Source: Octopus sinensis
Lineage: Eukaryota
Direction of reading: 5' to 3'
DNA length: 64,000 nt
NCBI RefSeq assembly: GCF_006345805.1
Contig: NC_043005.1
Span: 70,184,001-70,248,000, forward strand
The notes beneath the pieces were generated by a model. The model saw only the letters and a program-made list of their open reading frames with translations. It did no database searches and was not told where the DNA came from. The translations under genes were made by a program, and so were the position numbers. Shown piece after piece: positions 1 through 14,330 of this stretch (the first letter of the stretch is position 1; the number at the start of each line of letters is the position of its first letter).

Positions 1-640
1 AATATATGCTAGAAAATTAAATTTCAATTTTCAAATTGTATTACTACATGATTTGCTAACATTATTTATCAAATTTCTGTTATCACCGATATAAATGCAT
101 CACCAAATCACTTTTCGTCATGTTGGTGCCTTGCGGTATCCAAAATATGTATTCATTGCCTGCTGCAGTTTCTTTTGTTTGATTTTCGTGTCGATATAAG
201 TGTCAAATAGTTCTTTAAAGCCATGCATAAATAATACAAACTGAAGGCACATAGCTCAGTGGTTAGACCGTCGGCCTCATAGCTATGTCGGTGCCTTGCA
301 GTATCCAAATGTTGTTTCCATTGCTTGCAGCAATTCTTTTTTGTCTGTCTTTCGTGTCGATATACGTGTCAAATAGTTATTTAAAGCCATGCAATTACGA
401 TCAATCTGTACTATGATGTCTTTGTTTAGCAGGTCGTTTTGCATCACACATTTGGTTAACTTTTACCTGATATCAATAATTGCATGTCTTATTTGTGAAG
501 CATATTCTTCACGAGAGTAAAGTTAGTAAACGCCACTGGTTGTCTGTTACTATTCTTGCTCAGCATGGCTAAACTTGAACGTAATTATTCTGTTGCACAG
601 ACATGAATTAATTATTCCATTTGATTCTCAAAAAAAAAAA

Positions 641-873
641 TTTTTTTCATTACTACCCACAAGGGGCTAAACACAGAGGGGACAAACAAGGACAGACAAA
701 CGGATTAAGTTGTCTACATTGACTCCAGTGCGTAACTGGTACTTAATTTATCGACCCCGAAAGGATGAAAGGCAAAGTCGACCGCGGCGGAATTTGAACT
801 CGGAACGTAACGACAGACGAAATACGGCTACGCATTTTGCCCGGCATGCTAACGTTGCTGCCAGCTCACCGCC
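641..873 (-). mobile_element. tRNA-derived SINE, family A (head + core + tail T1)
   Basis: On the minus strand: A-box-like GAGCTGGCAG, B-box GAGTTCAAATTCC, core GCCTTTCATCCTTTCGGGGTCGATAAATTAAGTACCAG, and tail ...TTTAGCCCCTTGTGGGTAGTA. More than 10 related copies occur in the window. Confidence 0.9.
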
Positions 874-893
874 CTAATATATAAAATATATAT

Positions 894-2094
894 CGGTGGC
901 GTGCAGTTGAGACAAACTAGTTATGCACTGCATGTCCGTTGATTCTATATAACTCAAAAATCATTTTAAGAACGTAATGTATTCATAACTACATTGGAAA
1001 GGTGTCCAAATCTTTGGAAGCAGCAAAAGTAGTTACTTTGTTTCAAAGGAAATCCGTCTAGATTGATGATTTACTTGTTTCTATTTTACTTCCACTACGC
1101 ATGCTTAAAGAAAAACGCATATGAAATCTCCTGCCCTTCCACTTCCTATCATTTCCATGCCTGTAAGATTCTTTTCCATCTCGATAAAATAACTACGGAA
1201 AGCATGCTTTCAGAAAAACGTATGTTTTGGATTCTTCTCCTTTTCTATCAGTTCTTCTTTGTCAAAAATTCTTTGTAATTGATGTCCCTAACGCGACAGG
1301 CTAAATGACTGAATTGGTCTGACTTTTAGACCTTAAAAAATTCTGACCAAAACATATCAACAATCCCATAATTTTTAATTAGTCAACTCAAATTTTGCCG
1401 TGACTTTGGAATATCTATTTCGATCTGACGTAATTTTTGAAATTGCTATCATTAACCATCCTAACTGAATTAAACAAAAATATTCTGGCATAAAAAAAAT
1501 ATAATATAGCTAATTAATCTTTCGTTCATTTACTAAAATTATCTTTCCGTTTTATTGAAACTTATTTACAGTTCATGATCGCAGTAAAATGTAACTAAAG
1601 TGTTCATTTTCTTTCTTTTTTTTTCTTACAACTGAAAGTATTATTTTCTACAAAATGAAACTTGAACGTTACAAAAAATATTGGGGCAGAAATAAGTCAC
1701 AGTATTCGACATTTTACTGAGGGAAAGTCTCTGAAAAAATCTTTGAAGAGAGTTGAGTAGATTAATCACATACTTCTTTCACTATTTTATCGCAGTTTTG
1801 TTTGCCGAACAAATTCCTGTGAGCTTTGGCTGTTATTTCTAGCATGTGATTGCCTGCTTGAAAGACGTAGAATCGCGAAGGGAGGGGTTGGGGTATTTTT
1901 TTTTATTTTTATGAAAAAGTGAAATCTTACAAACTTTCTTTTTCTTTTTTGCAGTATCATAATCTAATCTCCATAGCCGAAAACGTAGGTTTCCGTATTT
2001 TTTTAAGCTAGGAAGAATTTGGGTTAGGTCTCAGTCATGTTCACCAAGTATTTATTATTGCATGAGCAACTTCAGAAGCCACCGCACGCCACTG
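894..2094. mobile_element. Non-autonomous hAT-like DNA transposon (about 1.2 kb)
   Basis: Imperfect terminal inverted repeats CGGTGGCGTGCAGTTG (894) and revcomp CAGTGGCGTGCGGTGG (ending 2094), 13/16 identical. Flanked by ATATATAT on both sides, an 8-bp TSD that is trivial in a TA context. No transposase recognised. Confidence 0.45.
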
Positions 2095-2120
2095 ATATAT
2101 ATATATATATATATATATAT

Positions 2121-2361
2121 ACCAATTAAGGACTGAACACGAAAAAGTGGACAGTCAACATGCTAGATATAGACGTCAAATCGCCATTCTCCACAAAGAT
2201 TATGTTCTCAAATAAAATAAAATTCAGCACAGATAGATAGATAGACAGGTTGTGCTGAATTTTATTTTATTTGAGAACATAATCTTTGTGGAGAATGGCG
2301 ATTTGACGTCTATATCTAGCATGTTGACTATCCACTTTTTCGTGTTCAGTCCTTAATTGGT
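2121..2361. repeat. Near-perfect inverted repeat: 111-bp arms, 19-nt loop
   Basis: 2121-2231 is the reverse complement of 2251-2361 with one mismatch (2152/2330). Loop is GATAGATAGATAGACAGGT. Confidence 0.95.
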
Positions 2362-2609
2362 ATATATAAATATTTTAATCTTCGGATTCTTTTTAATATG
2401 CTAGACCACTGGTTTTAATTGACTAATATCAATTTTTACCTTTAATTAATTTTTAATTTTTTTTATATATATATATATATATAAAGTTAATCCAAACAAG
2501 AAAGCACAAAAAAACACACAGCAACGCGAGTGCGAGGAACAAATATAGTATTATTGGACGCTCAGGAAAGAAGGAAAGAAGGAAAGAAGGACACATACAC
2601 ATACAGTCG

Positions 2610-2642
<33 letters not shown>

Positions 2643-2650
2643 TATATATA

Positions 2651-2712
<62 letters not shown>

Positions 2713-3177
2713 TACACACCTCACTGACTGTAAGGTTGTACACGACTTGAAACTACCATTGATAAATTTGGTTGAGATTTTGTCTCATCATTTCAGTTTT
2801 ACACAATACACATCCACTCACCTCCGTTTTAGCATCGTTGCAGCACCTCGAAACCTTGCCTTCACTGCACTAACTTGAGGCAATCTGCTCTGGGGTTTTT
2901 TCTTTGCAAGGGAGGATAATGGGCTTGCGCTTTTTCTTTCTTTTTTTTAGCTACTGGCATCTAAAAGAAAGTGAGGTAGAGAATGATTTGATGAAAACGT
3001 GATAATAATTTCTGCACAATTATACAAATACTCTGAAGAAAATCCCCACTAGGATGGCTTGAGGTATGTCTTTTAAGCTTTATGTGTTCCTAGTCTCCAG
3101 GTTAATCACTTGTAGATTTTCTGATACATTTCCTGAAACAAAACGCAGGTGATATTTTATGAAAATATTGTGAGTAA

Positions 3178-3330
3178 GGGTCGTTTTCGATTAAGTCGAC
3201 ACCATTGCACTACTTATGCTATACACCCCGAAAGGAGGAAAATCAAAGTTGACCCAGGCAGTATTTGAACACACAACCTAAGGACGTACGAAAGACCACA
3301 AGGCATTTTGCCCGGCGTGTAAACGATTTC
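3178..3330 (-). mobile_element. Degenerate family A SINE fragment
   Basis: ACCCCGAAAGGAGGAAAATCAAAGTTGACCC...GCATTTTGCCCGGCGTG matches the reverse complement of the family A core and head. Confidence 0.6.
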
Positions 3331-5019
3331 AGTAATATTTGCCATTACTGTGAATAGATATACGCAATAATTTCGCATACCATACGATCCATATTTTTGG
3401 AGATTTAGTTGTGTTCATTTTATATAACAGAACGTTGCGAAAGACTTGTGGTGGTTGCCACGCTGGGTCTAGCTGAAAACACCCGCATTCTTTATCCTTC
3501 AAGCAATATAATCTATCCCTATTTCATTAGTTTGAGAGAAAAAATTGGATGAGTGCTACCAAGAAATACGATATTTTAGACTCTGAGTGAGGGAGGACAC
3601 GATATTCTATATCAAACAAACCTATGGCCACAACCATCACCTTCACTATCATCTCTTTCTTTTTCTATTTTCGTCATGATACATATATCATTTACTCACT
3701 CCGCTAATATTATATGTCAGAGAGAAAGAGAAAGATAGAGAGAGAGGGAGGGAGGTAGGGAGGGAGTAACAACAGACAAATAGAATGATAAGCAGACTGA
3801 GAAGCGGAAAATTCAGAAATATTGACGTCACGCAAAATATATAGGAAGGACAATCGGTATCGATGTAGTCTTTCTCATTCTCAATATATCTTCTCTCTAG
3901 TTATATACCTCTCTAAATGTATGTTCCTGGTTCTCGGTCTCTCCTTTTCCAACATTTTTCGAGGGAAGAGACTGGAAGATAGAGAAAGGGGGAGAGATTA
4001 ATTCAAATGTTCGATTTCAAATTTCTCTCTTCCTACGTGTATATTCTTCAGAGAAATGTGTTACTAAATCAGCTTTCATATGAATTGGCGAACAATTTTA
4101 CAGGTGGTTTGTTAATGTGCATTTTTGGACAAAGGGACTACATATCATTCGGTCTTTAGTTGTTTGTATTCTTCATCTATGTATGTGAATGTTTTTGTGT
4201 GTACATACACAAATACATAAATATTAATAGTTTACTGATTATATTTACAATTCTATGCTATCAATTATTACTTATTCTGATATGTTGTTTTAACTGAGTT
4301 TCATTTCAATTCATTCTACAGAATCTGTGTTATATAGTTTGTTATTTTCTTCGTTCTTTCATGTAATTATTTCTTCTCCTTCATCCTAAATTAATTTATA
4401 CAAAATTACTTGCTTTCTTTTATTTTTATAAATAATCTACCATGAATACATTCTTTCATTCATAAACTTGTTTAATATTTGTGTGTTAATTATCTCTGTT
4501 TATATACTTATTCATCCGGTTATCTTTAAGCTTATATGTTTATTTATAAACATCTGGTAAATGTATTGAAAGCAAGCAATATATTATTTATATGAAAAAT
4601 TTCATTATATTTTAATTGCAGCATTCAATATTTTTTTAAGAATACAATATAGTTTTCAAACATCCATTTCTGTGTATAAAGTCATACATTTGTCACACAT
4701 ACATAAATAAATACACATATCTGTAAATGTACATAAGTGGATACATATATAATATGCAAAAATTAATATGCAATTACACATATCCATCAACAACATATGT
4801 GTGTGTATATATAGGTATAAATATATACACACACATCTATATATATATATGTAGGAAAAATTACCATACATACATATGCATACATGTATACATGTATAGA
4901 TATAGATACGTATGTATGTGTTTTTGTACATATATGGATGTACGTATATATTTATAAATATATATATATATGTATGTATATATGTAACTCCGTGTGAATC
5001 ATTGGCGATTTTCTTCCTC

Positions 5020-5183
5020 GGCCCCGGGACTTATTCTTTGTAAACCCAGTACTTATTGTATCGGTCTCTTTTGCCGAACCGCTAGGTGACGGGGACATAA
5101 ACACACCAGTATCGGTTGTCAAGCAATGCTCGAGGGACAAACACAGATACACAAACACACACGCACATATATATACATATATA

Positions 5184-5223
<40 letters not shown>

Positions 5224-5402
5224 TATATATATACATATATACGACGGGCTTCTTTCAGTTTCCGTCTACCAAATCTACTCACAAGGCTTTGGTCGTCCCG
5301 AAGCTATAGTAGAAGACACTTGCCCAAGGTGTCACGCAGTGGGACTGAACCCGGAACCATGTGGTTGGTAAGCAAGCTATTTACCACACAGCCACTTCTG
5401 CG

Positions 5403-5406
<4 letters not shown>
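5020..5406 (-). mobile_element. tRNA-derived SINE, family B (internal (TA)/(CA) tract)
   Basis: Minus-strand head GGCGCAG(A)AGTGGCTGTGTGGTAA...GGTTCAGTCCC, body ...TTTGGTAGACGGAAACTGAAAGAAGCCCGTCG, microsatellite, then GCTTGACAACCGAT... Matches copies at 30263, 30967 and 61481. Confidence 0.9.
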
Positions 5407-5460
<54 letters not shown>

Positions 5461-5843
5461 ATATATATAATACATATATACATATATATGTATATATGTA
5501 TATGTATGTATGTATGCGTAGGTGTGAGTATATATGTGTCTTCATTTATGTCTCATTTTATATACACAAAATGACTCTGGTTAATTTATTATAAATATTA
5601 TCTTCGTCAGCATCCATATTATAATTCTAATGATTACCAAAATATTATTTATCTAGATCAATGCAGAAATTATTTTCAGTTGTAATTTATATCTTCAGCT
5701 TCATCTCCACAGATATCACCATTTATCGTTATATTTTTCCCGTCTAAAATGAAAAATTCCAATATCCTTCTCATCTATTTCCCATTTCGTTTTTCTTCAT
5801 ACGATATATGAACGTTCACTCGTTTCTCAAAGTATCTCATCTA

Positions 5844-6432
5844 ATGGGATGGCAACTAATTTTCCGCCGTTGTTTTAAATTTCGGAATTTATTGCGTTTT
5901 TAAATTTCGGAACCTATTTTGTTTTTTTAGAATTCTATTTTTGAATCATTTTGGAATGTATTTTGTTGTTTTTTTTTCTGGTAAATTTTAATTAATTTTT
6001 GTTTATTTTCTGATCATTAAAATGGAATGTCATGTTAAGAAAAACGAGCATTTTCGACACCTCTTTCTTTATGCTTTTAATAATGGTTCTAATGCCGCAA
6101 AAGCTACTCGTGACATTTGTGCTGTATATGGAGAGGGTGCCATAGCTGAAAGAGCCGTTCGAGATTGGCATGCCAAGTTCAAAAATGGAAATTTTGACCT
6201 CAAAGACACACCTTGTTCTGGTCGTCCAGTTGAGCGAATAAACCAAATTTTGCAAGAAAATTCTCGTCAAAGGACATGGGAAATGGCAAAGAAAATGCAA
6301 TGCTCCCACACTGCTATAGAGAAGCATCTTCACACGATGGGAAATGTTCGGATGAATGGAGTATGGGTTCTGCATGCTTTAAGCGGCAACAACAACAATC
6401 AACGAGCCACAATCTCCGCTAGTTTGCTTGCA
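5844..6432 (+). mobile_element. 3'-truncated mariner element: 5' end plus N-terminal transposase (coding about 6022-6432)
   Basis: HFRHLFLYAFNNGSNAAKATRDICAVYGEGAI...FKNGNFDLKDTPCSGRP and the WVLHAL (WVPHEL-like) motif. A TA-preceded terminus lies at about 5844. The catalytic DD34D domain is absent. Confidence 0.9.
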
Positions 6433-6452
6433 AATATCTTACGAAAGAAATA

Positions 6453-6660
6453 TATTCTTTTTTACTCTAGGCACAAGGCCTGGAATTTTCGGGGAAGGTG
6501 CTAATCGATTAGATCGACCCCAGTAAGCAACTGGTACTTAATTTATCAACACCTGAAAGGATGAGAGGCAAAGTCGACCTCGTTGGAATTTCAACTCAGA
6601 ACGTCAAGAGAGACGAAGCATTTCGCCCTACGTCGTAACGTTACTGCCAGCTCCCCGCCC
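6453..6660 (-). mobile_element. Family A SINE monomer with tail T2 and 13-bp TSD
   Basis: Head and core on minus, tail ...CCAGGCCTTGTGCCTAGAGTAAAAAAG. Flanks are TACGAAAGAAATA (6440-6452) and TACGTAAGAAATA (6661-6673). Confidence 0.85.
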
Positions 6661-7186
6661 TACGTAAGAAATACATTGCAAGTTAAGTGATTGAATGTCT
6701 GAGATGCGATTTGATTAGGATTATAAGATTATAAGATTCCTGTTTGTTAATGTCGTCTCTAATGATCCATAAATTGCTTGGTGAATAAGATATACATCTA
6801 CACTTAGTGTACAAATGAGCATTTTCACGTATAAGACAGATGATGGAGATTTGTAGCTTGTGTCATAATTTTCAGGGAAATATTGAATCGTTTATCATTG
6901 ACTCGATTTCTTTTATGATTTGCATGAGACCTACTTGTATTGAAATAAATACCGAAAGATACCGAAAGCTTAATTCTTCTGAATTCCAAGAGATGCAGGC
7001 GACTGATGCTATAATCTTGTCTATGTAGATTTAAACAGATTATATTCTATTTTACACTCCTCTGGCTGCTATTCTATTGCCAATAATTTTCTCGTGTTAG
7101 GAATTGAATGTAACACTGCTATGTAAAGAATAGTTTATCATTTACTCAGTACTTCCAGTGTGTTCTCTAAATAGTTATGCTATTTA

Positions 7187-7575
7187 GTGGAGGCGCAATG
7201 GCCCAGTGGTTAGGTCAGCGGACTCGCGGTCGTAGGAACGAGGTTTCGATTCCCAGACCGGGCGTTGTGTGTGATTATTGAGCGAAAACACCTAAAGCTC
7301 CACGAGGCTCCGGCAGGGGATGGTGGTGATCCCTGCCTACTCTTTCACCACAACTTTCTCTCACTCTTACTTCCTGTTTCTGTTGTACCTGTATTTAAAA
7401 GGGCCGGCCTTGTCACTCTCTGTGTCACGCTGAATATCCCCGAGAACTACATTAAGGGTACACTTGTCCGTGGAGTGCTCAGCCACTTACACGTTAATTA
7501 CACGAGCAGGCTGTTCCGTTGATCGGATCAACCGGAACCCTCGTCGTCGTAACCGACGGAGTGCTTCCCCCCCCC
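7187..7575 (+). mobile_element. Full-length tRNA-derived SINE, family C, with 11-bp TSD
   Basis: A box TGGCCCAGTGGTTAGG, B box GGTTTCGATTCCC. TSD TATGCTATTTA at 7176-7186 and 7576-7586. Confidence 0.9.
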
Positions 7576-8439
7576 TATGCTATTTAACTCTTGAAATTCA
7601 GGTGCTATCCGTTGGCGAAATTTGATTTTATACATTGCCTAAGCCAGGAATTGAATTACAGCATTGGCGACGGGATAGAAAACACTACAACATATGCTAG
7701 TTGAACAAGTATTACTTGAACTAGCAATCAATTTCTCTCCAGTATAATGTTGTTTTAAATTTGATGGGTTTCTTTTGTGACAATTAGAGACGTATAAGAA
7801 TATAACTTTCAATGCTGTGTTAGAAAAACTACTTCACAATCAGTCTATGAAACAATAATATTCACAAATAAGTACTGCTTCTTAGATGCGGGGCCAAGTC
7901 ATTACACATGGATATACAAACTTTCACTAGGTGGGTAAATATAATTTCCAGGAAAAACTTTATACATTCGCACACGTAAAATGGTCGCCGAAGACGAATA
8001 TTTCGACATCATATATGTTAGATGAGATTCTGACACAACCATAATATTTCGTATAACAGTTGGTAGAACGTACTTTAGTAATCTTTTGTATACAACGTTA
8101 AAAAAACGCTTTTTTTCTGTAAGTATAATATGCGGAGTAAAAACATGCAAATATTACGACACTGCATGTTTATGAAACATATGATAAATGTATAAGATCT
8201 GTTGCGACTGAAGAGGAATGTTTTGAAAATGGTTTATAAAATAAGCAAAAACATCTGTATGAAAATATAAAAGCACATGATTTAAGAAATTGATTTTCTC
8301 TTGATAGTATTGCATGATATAGATGTTCCAAGCCTATTAATAACAAGTAGCTTGTAAAAGTTGATATTAAATGTTATAGAAGTTAGGCGAGGTTAACCAA
8401 GTTAGAGATCATGTTCAAGAAAAGTATTATTTTTTTAAT

Positions 8440-8747
8440 GATGAAGATGACGAATATGATGACGATGCTCATGATCATTATTGTCATCATCAAGAGCAGC
8501 AATGACATCGTCATCGTCATCCTCATCATCATAATCATCGTCATCAACATTATTGCTATCATCATCATAATCATCGTCCTCCTCATTATCATCATCATCA
8601 TCATTATCCACTTCTTTGTCATTCTGATCATCATTATCGCCATCATCATGATTGTCCACCTCCTCCACATTATCATCATCGTCGTCATCATTATCACCAT
8701 CATCATCATAATTATCATCATCATCATTGTCATCATCGCCATCATCT
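8440..8747. repeat. Degenerate (ATC/ATG)n triplet repeat
   Basis: About 300 bp of CAT/ATC/ATT triplets. It explains the poly-I, poly-M and poly-D ORFs. Confidence 0.95.
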
Positions 8748-10859
8748 AGATCAAATGGCGAATGCATTAATGGTTGTGTTTTGCCTGTGATATTAATATT
8801 GCACTTATCCTGTTCAGTGGGTTGGCAGAAGCAACAGGGTAACGTTGAAAGTGCTTTGCAGTACTTTGCCTGTATCTCTTTATATTCTCAGCTCAATTTT
8901 CGGCCATTTTTGGTTCATTTTGCTGTCAAAGACCAATAATATAAGTACTGCTCAAGTATTTCGATTGATATAATTATCTGTACCCAGCAATCTCAATTTG
9001 TGGTCTTCAATCCATGCTCACATTTGACAGAGTCTTTAAAGTATTCTCGTCTCAAATGTTTGTGCGTGTGTGCGTGTGTGCGTGTATAATGTATTGGAGT
9101 GCTGTGAGAAGAACAAAATTTCGTGTAAGTGCATTCAAGTCAATTATACCTTATGAAATTACATAAAAAAGAACTCATTTTGAAGGAGACTAAACTTAAA
9201 ATATATAGACACGTCATGGAAAACTATACATAACAAACAGATTTCGTTTTGATTTGAGACACAAAAACGATGTATTGATTTGTTGTAAAAATGATTGTAG
9301 GTCGGCTGGAATTTTTCGAATAAAGTTAAAATTAGAATCTAAGAAGCCGTATAAATTAGAATAGACTATATAAAATGGTGGAAGCCCTGCAAGTAGATTA
9401 TTATTTATGAAAAGTTATACATAAAGGAGGTTATAAAAAGTTGGAAAATGTTATATCGGTATAAAGTCTCATCAAATGCTTGATACTCCTCAAATCATGT
9501 GCAATTTCGTAAAAACATAATAAAATAAAGAAAACTTCCCTGATGCTATATCAATCAAAATCAAATTTCTCTTTCCTATTCCAGAGAGTGGCACGTTATG
9601 TTTAGATTCTGAAGATAGCCTCTGATCACACTGTCATAATCATCTTAAATTTAATTTGTTTTCTTTTTAAGCTTATTTTCCACATTTAGATGTTATTTCT
9701 TTTCAATTTGCACTTCTGAAAATTTGAAGAGAAATCAATCTGCTTTCGAGCGAAGTTCATGACCTGATTTTACTTCTCGCTTTCAGTGATTCTACTTCTC
9801 CACCTCCGTACACGTGTAAATGTTCTTTTTGAAAATTAAGGAAGGATTCTCGTCGACTGAATTACTAGTCACATATGAAGAAGCTCTGCTACTTCTCCCT
9901 AGCAGCTGTATAAAATGTATGATGGAATTTAACTCTATCCTATTCAGAAATACAATAAAATACATACGGGGAGTTTGAACAAAAACAAAAAGAAAATCAA
10001 GAACTTATCTTTACATAGAATCTATCCCATTTCTCAAGATATAGCATCCTTCTAATATAACTTGTGCAATTACCAAGATAAATGTCTCTCCCTAAAAAGA
10101 CTGGTGAAACCTTATAAATAAGGTTAGTAAAACATGTACGTTTTCTATGATTTACTTATTCCTTTATAACCAGATGTCGTCGATTACATTTATTCTTCTT
10201 CCATATAACAATGCGTGGACAATTACCAAAATAATGCTTCCTTTTAACAAGATGAGGGCATTTACTAAGATATTGCTTCGATAATGGCAAGGGAAGGGCA
10301 ATTACCATGTTTCTAGTTTCTTGTTGAAAAATTCGGTCAAGCACATGATATCAATTTCTTTTAGCAAGACAAGAACAATTTACCAAGATAAGACATTCTC
10401 TTAGCAAGACAAGAACAATCACGATTCTATTGCATCTTTGTAGCCATATTTGAGGAACGTTATGTTTCTCTTTAAAGGAGACAATACAATTGAAAACAGA
10501 AATATTATAGGTAAAATTGGTAGAGTTTGAAGGCTCTGATTATTAAGAACAAAGCTTTATTTATATAAGTAGTTGCTTAAAAATTATATATTTATGTCAA
10601 TAATTTTCTAACAGAATGGACATATTGCTGATGATTTGCATTGGAATTAATCAGTTGAGAAACATGCAGTGTTGATAAACTGTTCGTGTATAAATGTAGG
10701 TCAGAAGGGTAGGGAAACATGCATTAATTTGCTTGTTAGAAATACCTGCTGAAACCTTGACCACATCCATTTTGTTCTTAACATATATGACGTTCATAAA
10801 ATAAGTACTATCTCGTAAACTAAATACAGGATGAATGCTTAGAAAGCAGTCGATAAGAC

Positions 10860-11320
10860 AATACCTCTCCATGACTTGTTTCTTTCTGGGCTAGTGGCGT
10901 ACATTGACTGGTAATATGCCATACAGTTTCCCTATAATGTCTATTCTGCACTTGTCACTTCCTGATGTCTTGTCTATTCTGTATTTCATGTTATTCGTTC
11001 TTAGTGCTTGCTCTTGGGAAGCACAGACTAGAACCTCCGTTTCCATAGCCATTTTATTTCACTGTCTGTCTTATCGTCAATATCCCTATGAATTTGTCCA
11101 TGCATTCTATTCTTTATACACCTGTTTGCAGCTTGATTCTCAAGCCTGGTCTTCTTACTTTCAATAATAGTGGGTCTCTGGCATCTTTTATATACCAAGT
11201 TATGTTGTTTTCTTCTCCTCTTATGCTGCGTTCACATCCAATCAGTCTTCTTCCCTTCGTTTTCGTGGTACATGCAGTGTGTCTGTGTCAAATTTCTCTA
11301 TCCTTCCTTTTCCATGACCA
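10860..11320 (-). mobile_element. R4/Dong-clade non-LTR retrotransposon remnant (post-RT region and zinc finger)
   Basis: Minus-strand translation across frameshifts: DTDTLHVPRK...LIGCERSIRGEENNITWYIK...RMHGQIHRDID...ETEVLVCASQEQALRTNNMKYRIDKT...KCRI...ETVWHITSQCTPLAQKE. Confidence 0.8.
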
Positions 11321-11330
11321 TTCGAAAATG

Positions 11331-12084
<754 letters not shown>

Positions 12085-12112
12085 TATATATGTTATATAT
12101 ATTATGTATATA

Positions 12113-12154
<42 letters not shown>

Positions 12155-12209
12155 TATATATATATGTATGTATGTATATATTTATATTCATATAATTATT
12201 TGTTCTATC

Positions 12210-12730
12210 AGCAATTAAAACTAGAACGATGTAGGGGTAATCTTGCTACTCCTGCGTTTGGGTGGAGTCTTCCATTCATATTGAATTCCTTCCTAGTTCT
12301 TCTGTCTAGCTTTGCTAATTTAATTTTTGCTCGATCTACAAAAGCTGATGAGTATCTAAGCAATGATACTGCCCATGTATTTACACCCTTCACTAGATTC
12401 AGACCATTTAACTTTGACTTCATTGGATTCCACATCCTTCTGATATAAACCTTCTGAATTTTCGTTTTCATTTCTGTTATTAGTACTCTGTCAGATTCTA
12501 ATACTCACAGATACTTATAACTCTCTCCTCCATTCAACGATTTTAATGTATGGTCATCTGGTAATTGAATGCCTTCGCTGTTACTACCTGTCTCCTTCTC
12601 ACGACTAACATTGCACACTTTTCTATGCCAAATTCCATGCTTATATCTTTGCCGAAGTGACTCACAGTCTGTATTAAGGAATTTATATATTTTTCATTCT
12701 AACTATAAAGGTTCAGATGATCCATGTTAA
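12210..12730 (-). mobile_element. R4/Dong-clade RT remnant
   Basis: DDLNLY...MEFGIEKCAML...SKLNGLNLVKGVNTWAVSLLRYS...LDRRTRK...LHP, typical of the R4/Dong RT and thumb region. A degenerate (AAT/AAC)n lies 5' of it on the minus strand. Confidence 0.8.
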
Positions 12731-13160
12731 TGTTGTTTATATTATTGTTGTTGTTGTTGTTATTATTATCATTAATTTTATTGTTAATTATTATTATTAA
12801 AGCCCAAAATACTTATTTATAAAACGTGAAAAATCACTTGTAAACCTCTGTTTCGCTCATGGCAGCTTCCTTATAAGCACCTTGAAACAATACAACCATT
12901 TCGGCCGCTGTTCCCCAAGCAGAAAACAGAATTCACGGAAGCTCGTTGTTCCTTCACTTCATCCATCACAAGAACCGACGAACGGAGGAAAAGCACTGCA
13001 AAACAAAGATGCACCAGATGGCAGCTCGACTGCATTGCAAGAAGCAGGTCGGCGGACTGATGCTGGAGGGTATCATCAAGTGGCTTGTAACGGTGGAAAA
13101 CAGACTACATCGGTGTTGTCCTGCCGAGAATGTTTCCGGTTACTTTTGGGATCCTCCTCG

Positions 13161-13192
<32 letters not shown>

Positions 13193-13201
13193 TATATATA
13201 T

Positions 13202-13436
13202 ATTTCTTTACTACCCACAAGGGGCTAAACATAGAGGGGACAAACAAGGACAGACAAAGGGATTAAGTCGATTACATCGACCCCAGTGCGTAACTGGTAT
13301 TTAATTTATCGACCCCGGAAGGATGAAAGGCAAAGTCGACCTCGGCGGAATTTGAACCCAGAACACGTAACGGCAGATGAAATACGGCTACGCATTTCGC
13401 CCGGCGTGCTAACGGTTCTGCCAGCTCGCCGCCTTT
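13202..13436 (-). mobile_element. Family A SINE (tail T1), left copy
   Basis: Same head, core and T1 tail as 641-873. Confidence 0.9.
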
Positions 13437-13437
13437 C

Positions 13438-13548
<111 letters not shown>

Positions 13549-13570
13549 ATATATATAATATATATATATG

Positions 13571-13658
<88 letters not shown>

Positions 13659-13747
13659 TATATATATATATATATTATATATATATATATATATATATCT
13701 ATATATTATATATATATATATAGATATATATATATATATATTATATA

Positions 13748-13778
<31 letters not shown>

Positions 13779-13830
13779 ATAGATATATATATATATATAA
13801 TATATATTATATATAATATATATATATATC

Positions 13831-14062
13831 AAAGGCGCGAGCTGGCAGAACCGTTAGCACGCCGGGCGAAATGCGTAGCCGTATTCATCTGCCGTTACGT
13901 GTTCTGGGTTCAAATTCCGCCGAGGTCGACTTTGCCTTTCATCCTTCCGGGGTCGATAAATTAAATACCAGTTACGCACTGGGGTCGATGTAATCGACTT
14001 AATCCCTTTGTCTGTCCTTGTTTGTCCCCTCTATGTTTAGCCCCTTGTGGGTAGTAAGAAAT
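13831..14062 (+). mobile_element. Family A SINE (tail T1), right copy created by the inverted duplication
   Basis: Reverse complement of 13202-13436, including copy-specific variants (GGGTTCAAATT, ACGTGTTCTG) and shared unique flank. Confidence 0.9.
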
Positions 14063-14227
14063 ATATATATATATATATTATATATATATCTATATATATA
14101 TATACGAGGAGGATCCCCAAAGTAACCGGAAACATTCTCGGCAGGACAACACCGATGTAGTCTGTTTTCCACCGTTACAAGCCACTTGATGATACCCTCC
14201 AGCATCAGTCCGCCGACCTGCTTCTTC

Positions 14228-14260
<33 letters not shown>

Positions 14261-14293
14261 ATATATATTATATATATAATAATATATTATATA

Positions 14294-14330
<37 letters not shown>

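Noticed and set aside
246-283. tRNA-like sequences here and at 7187 and 32636
   Set aside because: No complete cloverleaf or acceptor stem. These are SINE heads.
3823-3830. TGACGTCA (CRE-like) motifs here and near 42437
   Set aside because: Isolated 8-mers with no supporting promoter evidence.
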